Source: Lepidodermella squamata
Lineage: Eukaryota > Animalia > Gastrotricha
NCBI GenBank assembly: GCA_047495785.1
Contig: JBLDXI010000013.1
Location: 3,472,001 to 3,536,000 of the forward strand
Length of the DNA stretch: 64,000 nucleotides
Direction: 5' to 3'
How positions within the stretch are numbered: the first letter of the stretch is position 1; each line of letters opens with the position of its first letter. Positions 35,067 to 45,168 of this stretch are shown here, one piece after another. The notes beneath the pieces were generated by a model, which saw nothing but the letters and a program-made list of their open reading frames with translations, made no database searches and was not told where the DNA came from. The position numbers and the translations under genes were made by a program.

Positions 35067-35883
35067 GGTGATTATATTATTTCAGACCAGCTCTTGAATC
35101 GTGGGTTTTGCGCTAGTCAACTGAGTGATAGACGAGAAAGATGTATAAAAAATATTTCCAATACAGCGAATTTATTTACCTCATACATCGCTATAATGTG
35201 CAAAAGGTGGACTTCTGGGATATTGTTTTTCCGATCGATAAATTGGCCGCATTTTTATTGTTCTACGGTGGCGGGCGGATAGCACCTTTCGTTACTACAC
35301 GGCTCTCGAAAACATTATAAATTATTTAAATTAAAATCAACACAGTTTTTCTTTGTTTACTTGTGTAACGAGAAGACTGAAGAAGCATCATAAATCCCGA
35401 AATAAGCTTCCGAATTAACTTTAAAAAACTTTAAATTGATGACTGGAAACTGGTCTTTGAAGAAATAAAATGTCCTCTGAAGGTATTAAAGGTAACAGAA
35501 AAATCTGATAGTTTGATTGGCTTGAAAAGATTAGAGTTTAAAACCTAGCTAAAATTTTAATAATTCTAAATAGGAATTTCCCTCTTACTTTCACATACTT
35601 TAAAATTATTTATCGTCATAAATCATAAATCAACAGATTTCCTGTGAAATTTGTAACTTCGGTGGATTGTCGGCCTAATTGTACCTAATCGTGCTTCATT
35701 TGACTTTATTATAACGTCTTCAAAAGCGAGTTTTTTCACAACAACTCAGTCGTGACTAGACTTTTTGCCACGTTATGGAATCAACCCATTTAAATTAGCG
35801 TCGTGAAACGTTAATAAGAAGAAAAATAGATAATTCAAGTTCATATTCCATTTCTTTACTATTATTTGGAAAATCCATTAAAA

Positions 35884-36837
35884 ATGCCTAAAATTGCGAA
35901 CGCGAAGCTTACGTACTTTCAAGGCCGAGGCAGGGCTGAAATCATTCGAATGGTTCTTTCCTATCTCAATGTAAGCAATCTATCGAGAAGTGCTAAATAA
36001 TTTTCCCGATATGTCGCAATTTTTGCTGCGATAGATACCGTTTGAAGATAAACGCCTGGCAAATTCAGAATGGCCCGAAGTGAAGCCAAGTTTGCTTGAT
36101 AAATTGGTTAAAATAATGTTTACTTTTTTCGCAAAACAGCCGCACCTGTAGGCCTGTTGCCGATATTCGAATTTAACGATGAGTTCGGTAATCACCACGT
36201 CATGGTGCAATCGGGTTCAATTATCCGATCGATAGCTCGATGGTACAATTTAAACGGTAAATCTGAAAAAGAAACTGCTATGGCCGATCAAGTTTATGAA
36301 TGGTATCGCAGACTAATTTTGTGTTTCATTACTCGGAAAATCGATTTATTTCAGTCTGGTGGACATAATTATCAGCAACAGCCGAACTGTGTGGGAGAAT
36401 GACCCAGTGAAAAAGCAAAAAATGATCGACGAAATGAGGAACAGTCAACTTCCAACTACTTTCAATTTTCTGGAGAAAATATACCAGAATGGAGGTAAAA
36501 AATGCATTGCAGGCGGCGATTCGGTATCGATTTCACTTTTTTAAATATTTTTTCGATAAATTTTGAATTTAGTTCACCTACGCTGATTTCGGAATCGCCG
36601 TTGTTCTCTACGCTATAAGCCATGACTACGTCATTGTTCCCGGGGGTATATGAAAAGAATTCTAGTTCAACAGTGATCATAAATTTTCTATTTTTCTCAG
36701 CCGCGAGCCGCCCGGCTCTGATTGAATGGGCGGATTTTGAAATGAAGTACCCTGGCCTTGCCGAACTCCGAAAATCCGTGGAAACCCATCCGAATGTTGT
36801 TGCATGGTTGAAAAATCGTCCAGTCACCACGTTTTAA
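35884..36837 (+). CDS. Glutathione S-transferase, sigma-like; 6 exons
   Basis: Spliced: MPKIANAKLTYFQGRGRAEIIRMVLSYLN|IPFEDKRL..EWPEVKP|TAPVGLLP..VQSGSIIRSIARWYNLNGK..|FTYADF..|KYPGLAELRKSVETHPNVVAWLKNRPVTTF*. Five short GT-AG introns. Confidence 0.93.
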
Positions 36838-37027
36838 CTCTTGTTACAGAAATTTTAAATTTTTTCCAAGTGTTAATAGCAAAATAAACATAAATTCAAA
36901 ATCAGCACGATCTTGCATTTTCTACTTCCTTTTACTTCCACGAGATTTTTCACAAATCACAACATATTAGATTCAACAGCATATCGTTTTCTTCAAATTC
37001 AAAAAATGAGATATTTTGATAGATTTT

Positions 37028-38061
37028 TTACGCGCTGACCAATTCACGACCCAGCTTGAGAGCCTTGGCGGTTTTAGCGAAGATTTCGCCGTGAGCAGCA
37101 GCGATTTTCAGCTCAGTCTCGCTCGGTTGGCGCGAACCGTCCGGGCCCGCAAGGGTGCCAGCGCCGTAAGCTGAGCCACCGCGAGCCTCAGCGTTGCTGC
37201 TCAATTCCGGAACAAAGCCTAAAAATGTGGAAAACAATTGAATTAAATCATCAATTTTAAAATTTAAATTTAAATTTTAAAGTTATTAGCCCTCATTTGT
37301 TATCAAATTTTAAGGATATCACATTTATTTCTATTTGACCCAACAATTTGACCTAATTTGAAACTTGACCTAACAATGACGAGCGCGTGTTAGAATTTGT
37401 GCTTTAAATCACGCGAGGTCATTATTCAACAGAATTTTCGTTTAATTGCAGAAAGACTGAAGGAAAAACTCAAATCCTACCTAGTCATCTCATGAAAATC
37501 ATTAACTAAACTGAGTAAATTTGTGTTCCCGGCAATGTCCTCGAAAAATAATAAAAGAAATAAATTGATATCTAGAATTTTGATTTTTTTTAGTTATGAA
37601 ATTGAGCAAAATAATAACACACCCATAGGCACGTAGACCATTCCGTGATGCGCGAACTGGGTGACAAAGGTCAAGGCAGTCGTTTCTTGACCGCCGCCCT
37701 GAGTCGCCGTGCTGAAGAACATGCTGGCCGGTTTGCCCTTCAATCCGCCCGACATCCACAGCTGCCCGGTCGAGTCCATGAACGCCTTCATCTGAGCCGC
37801 TTGCGAGCCGAAGCGGGTAGGGGAGCCGAACAAAATGCCGTCAGCGTTCACCAAATCAGCCGCGTTGATGATTTTGTCGTCGGATTTCGGCACGGCGTGC
37901 ATTTTCTGCAGGACTTCCTCGGGCAGGGTTTCGGCAACCTGGTACAGCTCGCACTCGACATCGGCGACCTTCTCGACGCCCTTCTTCACCTCCTGGGCCA
38001 AACGACGAATGTGGCCGTGGAGCGAGTAGTAAACGATGAAAATTTTGGTTTTCGTGGGCAT
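37028..38061 (-). CDS. Flavodoxin-like NAD(P)H:quinone oxidoreductase (WrbA/FQR1/Pst2 family); 2 exons
   Basis: [72 protein letters not shown]|..[25 protein letters not shown]; intron 37219-37622. Confidence 0.95.
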
Positions 38062-39718
38062 GATTCTTAAATTTGTTTCGGAAATAACTCGCTAGATAAC
38101 ACTTTCAATTTGAAAAGAGATTGTGAGAAAAATTTGAAGCGATTTTCTCCGTTTTAAACTGCCCGGCCACAATGACAAGCAGGAATAATCGCGTGCTCAC
38201 TTTTTGCCGTCTAATAACAATATTGCTGCTATTTTGATCGCCGGACTTTGGCTCACTTCTGAGCAGAGTGCGAAGAAATAAGGTCAAATATTGCGATGAA
38301 AAAATGCTTGTCTTTTTTGGCGTGAGGTTTTTGCGTACAAAAATTACGCCAATCGAACTTAAACGAGAATTCGATTGAATAGACAATTTAGATTCCTGAT
38401 TTTTCCATGAAGCCAATCGCCGTCCGCGCGTAGCGAAAATTAATTGCTGACGGACTGGTAATCTGCTCATCGCGCTCTACAATAATTTGAAAGCCCGTTT
38501 TCAAAATTCCTCTGGGATCAAAATAGCTATGTCCTGTGGGGTCGTTGTTTTTCAAGGTCACTTTTCGGCAGGCCAAGTCCACAGCATGAAGCTATCAAGT
38601 TCACACACATTAATGAATGCATCGTAAAACTTATCGGAGACAATTTTATTGCAATAACTCAATATTAATATTCACAAAAATGAATATTCATAGCTAATAC
38701 ACGCCCATACGCGTGGATTGTCCCATTCGTAACGGCCTTGGCAGTTTGCGATTGAGCTCAAACTTTGCGAATGGATTCATCAGGCTCTAAAACAATAAAA
38801 TAAAAAATAAAATTTGAAAATCCGAGAATTGGAAATATGGCGGCGGCGAAGAAACGAACTGGAGCCGTCCGCAATCAACGTTTTCTCGCAAAAACTGCAA
38901 TGTGCCATGTCCATTTTACTTGTAGCGCTAAAACTAAAAATCCTACAATGGAGCGGATTGTGCCATTTGAAAGCGGGGTTGCTCCGTGCTTGTCGATTAG
39001 CGGGGTCGACCCTTCTGTTACAACGGTGACGCTTTTCCATGTGGAACAGCTATCAAAGTTGGAAAAATACGTTGTTTTCGATTCATCTCAGAAATTCGTT
39101 CTGGGGACATGACATCTTTTCCGCGCGAGCGACGAGCTTTTGCTAACAACATATTTTGATTGAAATAATCAACTCTTCAACAACTGTCAATTATTTTAAT
39201 ATAATATTTATATTTATTTTCCGTTTTATTATGGCAGAGTTGAGACTAAATTGACCTGCGATATTCGTGACCGATATTATGAAACACACCAACGGCGAGC
39301 TTTCGAATGACATCACCGAATTTCGAATGAAATTTTCATAAATTCGATTTCATGAAATTAGGACCCAAAAGTCACAATATTAACAGAAAATGAAGGCAAA
39401 TGGATAACAAATTTAAAAATGTGTACAGCAATTGTCCAGCCAAATGTTTTTTCTTGAGAATTTTACCCACGGGTGTCTAGACAATTTGAAGCTCTGTTGT
39501 GTCCGAAACTAGAGCACACTGCAATTGTTTTAGCCAGAACCACTCTGTGCCTTTGTAACCCTGTTGAGACGCAGGTCCTGTCGAATGAGACACGCGAATG
39601 AAAGCAACAAATAAGACATTGTTACGTATCAAAAAATATCTACAATTGTCAATCGTAAACAAAGCGATGTAAGTTTCGCTAAATTCATGAAAAATGAATA
39701 ATAAACAACTTGCCGGCA

Positions 39719-40857
39719 ATGTCATCTATCGTGATTCTGACGTTTTTCTCGATCGTTAGCGTTTCATTCTATCTCTATCGAAAGCTCTATCGGCACAGAT
39801 TTTTCAAACGGCTGTCGATACCCGGCCCGGAGCCGAACTGGTTGTTCGGAAATTTGCTAGAACTCGAGGCCGATGCAAGCAAGCGCCAGGAAGATAATCT
39901 CGAAATTTTGAACCTGGTCGAGGGAGCTTTGGACATTTTTCTGAAACGATCGCCACTCCTCAATTTCATCGCAACATTTCCTGAATTAGTCGGGCCGGTA
40001 GATTGGCTAATAAAACGGCTGGCTCGCTACGAAATTGGCCCTATGGCGCCGTGGTACCGGCTATTCAAGTTTTGCCAAACTGTGGTCAAGCACCGGATGG
40101 AAAATCCCGCCCTTCGTCGCAGTGATATTCTTCAGTCTTTGATCGATACTACCGAGGTTTTAACGTGTCAAGAAATTACGGTTCAAACGATGGTACTTTT
40201 CGCGGCTGGGACCGAAACTACGGCAACCGCTTTGTCCTTTTCCGCCTATTTGCTCGCAATTCATCCGGAGATTCAGCAGCAACTATATGAAGAAATAATA
40301 TCGGAAAAAGTTGGCGATGAAAATTCAGCCGATTTTTACGATAAAATCATGGCGCTACCCTATTTGGATATGTTTATCAAGGAGACGTTGCGCTTATATC
40401 CGGTTGCGGCTTACACGGTGAGTCGTTACATCATGGATGATTCGGAAATTTGCGGCTTCTCGGTACCGAAAAGTTGCGGTGGTGTTGTGATTGATGCGTA
40501 TTCGGTTCATTTTGATGCGGAACTTTGGGGTCCAGTTGATCCTAAACAGTTTTATCCCGAAAGATTTTCACCCGGCTATTCAGCAAATCGACCTTCAAGT
40601 GCTTTCGTGCCGTTCGGATTCGGCCCGAGAATCTGCGTTGGTTAGTAAAAAATTTTGAAACAATTGGCAGGTTAATTTTGGAATTTTCAGGGATGCGTTT
40701 GGCGATGTTGGAAATGAAGCTGACGCTGTTCTACGTTTTGCGAAAATTTCGAATCGAACCGCCGCCGGGCGGCTACCAGGGCGACTTACCTGTCAGAACG
40801 GACTTTTTAATGCAACCAGCTGGCGAAGTTCTTGTCACTTTATCAAATCGAAAATAA
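39719..40857 (+). CDS. Cytochrome P450 (clan 3-like) lacking about 140 internal residues; possible pseudogene; 2 exons
   Basis: TM anchor, IPGP.P..LFGNL, AAGTETT, ETLRLYP, PERF, PFGFGPRICVG|MRLA (intron 40641-40690). Only ~365 aa with no C-helix WxxxR region. Confidence 0.85.
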
Positions 40858-40912
40858 ACACAATGAAAAAACAATTTGTTATCTGTAAATAATAAATAAA
40901 ATGGAAGTTAAT

Positions 40913-42000
40913 AGCCGCTTTTACACTACAAGCAAATATGTATTTCTGACTGTTCATAGTAATTAAGTCCACACAGTAGTATTACATGTTGCGCAATCGC
41001 CGCAAGCGATGAAAATGCCAAATTAAATTTTAATTTTTTGGAAATCCGAGTTTCAATTTGAAGGTTATTGTAGTTTTTGAGGTAATTATTGAGGTGCTGA
41101 AGGAATATAGCGGTAGTATTGACGGTAATAAATATTAAGATAATGGCGGTGAGAGATTTCTGTCATTTTTGTCACTCAAATAATTAAGTTGGCCGCATCG
41201 CTAAATTTGGACCCCAAAAATTATAAAAAATTCCTCAATCAAATATCAGCTGTAGTGATTATGGCTCCTCTTATCGCTTCATGATATTAGACTCAGCATT
41301 TGAAATGAATTTCTTGCATTAATTGGCAGCTAAACCAAATAAAAGATCCATTTCCTGCTCGAGAAAAATTATTTTGATTGAAATATTTTTCTTATTTGAT
41401 AACAATTCTTGCTTCGACGAATGCCCAGCTGAATTTATTATTTTTGGGTCTGAGGTTCCAAGCTGAACAAATTAAGGTGGATAACCCGCGGAGAAAATCG
41501 ATTATTTCCGGCCGAACAAGCCCTTTATTAAGCTTCTAATTATTGTTTTAAAATTTGAGAGCCGCAGCAATATTCTCGTGCCTACCTCACAGCCTAGTTT
41601 GAAAATTGTCTTTGTTATTTTTCTCATTTTGGATGCATCAAGATGTATGCCCTGTTTATGGAAAATTGGATTACAGGCCTCGAAAACAGTAATTTTTGTC
41701 AATTTTTTGTATCAACGGTGGGTGTTTTCATTTTTCTTTCAAAATAACTGCAATTATTAGCAAGTTATTTTCCCGAGGGATGGAAAAGCAATCAAAAGGT
41801 GTAGTGACCAATTTTCCCGAATTTTTTGCATCATTCTAAATAATTATAAAAAATATTTGATACCTTCAAAATCCGTAAAACCTTGAAAGTTAAAAAGCGA
41901 GAAAACTCGAGTTTCAGTATTGCGCAATCAATTCTTTGTCTTAATTAATGACGTACATATTAATTACACTTCATACTTACGCTCTCGTGTAAAAGCGGCT
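40913..42000. mobile_element. Non-autonomous TIR element with 3-bp AAT TSD (PIF/Harbinger-ISL2EU-like group)
   Basis: TIR AGCCGCTTTTACAC / GTGTAAAAGCGGCT; AAT at 40910-40912 and 42001-42003. Confidence 0.75.
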
Positions 42001-42320
42001 AATAAAATGTGGGAAAATTAAGAACCTTCTTTTGAGGGCATTCGTGGATATTGTCCTTGAGCCTTGATTTGACCTTGATTTGACCTTGAAAAGCCACTTC
42101 CAAATTCCAAATGCTGATTTTTGGATTGTCACGATGAGTCGTTTAGACTCACTCACAAACCCGATAAAAAATTAGGCAAAGGTTAGACTTTAAGATCGAT
42201 CTCGTCGATGTCATATTGCGAGAACCCTTTATTCAATCGATAGAGATTTGCCTGAACTTTATTTTGGCATAAAAACCGCCAAATTATTTGAAAGTTTGAC
42301 ATCATCGAGTGCGGTCTTAA

Positions 42321-42701
42321 CCCTTAGCCGCCGAAGATGTGTACACGCGTTGATTCCGGAGAAAATTCACCGTGGTCGGAGGATTTGGGCTATCGAACCC
42401 ATTGTTGCGTCATAAATTATGATAAATCAATAGCAAGAAACAAGCACTCCCCGAAAACCCAAATTTTCAAAGCCATTCTGACCAGGTCGAAAATAGTGAG
42501 AAAAATGTTAAATGACTTGTTAACACGTCATAGCAACGGCAACCCAGGTAAATTTCTTCTGAAAAAGAGGTTCGGCTTTCAATCTAAGGCTAAATGTAAG
42601 ACTTTCTGCCGACTCAGAATTTGATTTTAACCTCTTCTTGATTTTCTGGGATTTTCTGAAAGGTGCTCGAGTTAACTTGTCATTGCGCCGGCGGCTAAGG
42701 G
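42321..42701. mobile_element. piggyBac-type MITE
   Basis: TIR CCCTTAGCCGCCG / CGGCGGCTAAGGG with TTAA on both sides. Confidence 0.9.
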
Positions 42702-42841
42702 TTAAGGTCGCCTTCACTTTTCAAAAGACAATCGAGCGTAGTTTTCTTTTGCTATAACAGGTATAGTACGGTTTACTAAGGGTTATCTTATTTTCGAATG
42801 GATTTTTCCTGATTCTATGCTCATGTCCCTCGGCCCACCTA

Positions 42842-43012
42842 CAGGGTGGCCAACAAATTCCGCAGAAGGCGAATTCGATGCGTATCATTTTAATGAAGAG
42901 TTTCAAGGGTTCCATTGGCAAAAGAATGCTTGAAGTTCTTCAACTTCTCAAAACTCCTCATTAAATTGATGCTCATCGAATTCGCCTTCTGCAGAATTTT
43001 TTGGCCACCCTG
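42842..43012. mobile_element. Tc1/mariner-type hairpin MITE
   Basis: About 60-bp imperfect TIRs starting CAGGGTGGCCAA and ending TTGGCCACCCTG; TA on the left, CA on the right. Confidence 0.85.
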
Positions 43013-43275
43013 CATTGAGTAAAAGGTAATTCGAAAGTTTCGGATCAGGAGGGATCCCAAGTCGGATTTTGCCTATTCATTTGCTCGAGAGAATCATTAT
43101 ATGCGGCTGCAAAGGGGTTCAATGTTCAAGTTATTATCTGACCTATTTAAGGTCATTAAAAGATAAAAGCAGCTATATAAAACGATGAGGTTATCAGATA
43201 AGATAATTTGTCTAATAATAGGGGAGCATTTAATGGTTTCAGTTCATTCTTTGCCACGCCTCATATTTCGGAAAA

Positions 43276-44272
43276 ATGTTTCGTGTATTCTGTTTCCTAA
43301 GTGTATTAGTCAGCCTTAGTTCAGCCACCATAGTGTTAGACTGCTATGACCATAAGGCAGAGCTGTTCGAATCGTGGAGCGCCCAAGCCCTTGGCCCCGA
43401 AACTTGCCAATCAAACTTCTTCGGCATCGCCTACTGTGTCGATTCCAGCGAAACATGCACTCTGAACGGAGGAACGCCGACCAAACGAGGCAGCTACGTT
43501 CCCGGCCAGAATCAAAGTTTCTCCACATGCTCGACGCCAGTTAATCCCCAGTGCTGTTTCAACGGCTTCGGAAGTTGCATGGGCCTATCTCTGAATTCAA
43601 CCGAAATCTACGGCAACTGCATGCAGCCGAGTTACTGCCCCCAAGCGACAGTCAACCCCAGCGGGGATTCCCCGTGCCAAGCGGGTTTGACATGTTGCGT
43701 CGACGATTCATCGAACCGTGATTACGTACCCTGCATTGACGAGTACGAAACCATGTTCGACAAATTGATCGTCCACGGCGATGCGTTCAATATAACCGCT
43801 AATCGGTTGAAAAACTTCCTGCCCTACTTTGGCCAGGTGTATTACCGCGAAAAATACCTGAACAATTTCGACAACGAATGCGAGCCGGCGAATTTCATGG
43901 CGATTTCAATGCAGTTATTGCGACTTTTTGCGATGGATCAAGCGTTGACATATGACACGATCATCGCAACCCTGAAGGCGCAACCCTTCTCGCAGTATTT
44001 GATTGAGGATTTGATGGAGATTACGCGGCGAGGTATCATTACACCGCCGGTTTTCGGCCGTTTCATGGGTAGGATGTGGCTGTCGACGGCTGGGACCATG
44101 GGTGGATCTTGCGAGAATTACCAATCAGCGGCTGTTAGTATTATTGGACAACCTTTCCCGTGTGACGACACGTGGCGGTCTTTGCAGGCGGATTTCGGCT
44201 GTAAACTTTCATTTACTTTCCTATTAACATATTTCCTGAGTTATTTATATTACAGGCCCAATTCCCAACTAG
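43276..44272 (+). CDS. Secreted protein: signal peptide, two Cys-rich (C..C..C..C..CC) repeats, helical C-terminal domain (possibly degenerate GH19)
   Basis: Long exon 43276-44200, intron 44201-44255, short last exon giving ...ADFGCPIPN*. The paralog at 56 kb ends identically. TATATAAA about 100 bp upstream. Confidence 0.8.
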
Positions 44273-45168
44273 AACTGGTCGAGCTAACTTTCCGATTGAT
44301 TCGAAAAGCCGTCGGAAAGATACGCCACAACATTTCCAAAATATAGGAATCATTGAGATAAGAAGAAGAATTGTACACACTGCTTCTTGGAAACTTCAAT
44401 AAAATAAAGCTCGTAATCTTTTCAATTCCCTTATTTCACTTTCAACGCCCATTCAAGATTAAAGTTATTTTTTTCATGAGAACATGTTCTAGGATGACAG
44501 GTGTCAGGTAAAACCTCTAAAACTTATTACGATATGCATTTTTTGGCGATAAACATGTGGGCCACTTTCTAATCAATATTGGGACACGAGTCTGTTGAGA
44601 CGAGGCGAGCCGAATACAAAATTATCTTGATATTTTGGAAAAAATAAATCCTTGTAGAAACCTGGAATCTTGGTCACTCAATATTGATTTCTATTGATTT
44701 TTTATTCCTAAAGCCTTCAATCTCATTTAATTAAAACCACACTTGATCTTACAAATAAGAAGAAAATTTGTTAACTGAAAATTCAGTACACTAAATTTGA
44801 AGCTAGACCAATGTTTTTGGGGTTGAACATCGCCGAAATAGTCAAACATCTATCAGCCGTTGAATTCCGTTTGAATGAAAAAGTTATCGACTGACGGTGC
44901 ACCAGATAAAGACAGAAGGCATGCTAAAAATAATAGTATTTTCCACGCATCTCATCGATCTTGCTTGCCATTTCGAAAACTTCGAATTGTTGGCGCAAAT
45001 GAGACACATTGTGTAAAATAATGAATATATAACGGCTGCGCATAGGTGATCGCACCAATAATCGCCATAATAAACCAGCCTCGCACCCCTAGCTCATCAG
45101 CTGACGTGGGTAGCCGCAGGAGGAGTTAAGGTAAAACAAACAGCGATCATTTCTTGTCCAGCAAAAGA

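Noticed and set aside
35470-35500. Possible extra first exon (ATGTCCTCTGAAGGTATTAAAG|GTAAC) upstream of GST
   Set aside because: No compatible acceptor found, and GST already has a complete N-terminus.
37028-38061. Bacterial contamination
   Set aside because: The gene has a spliceosomal intron and is contiguous with intron-containing animal genes.
44273-44346. C-terminal TM anchor on the 356-aa ORF
   Set aside because: The hydrophobic stretch comes from reading through intron 44201-44255; both paralogs splice to CPIPN*.
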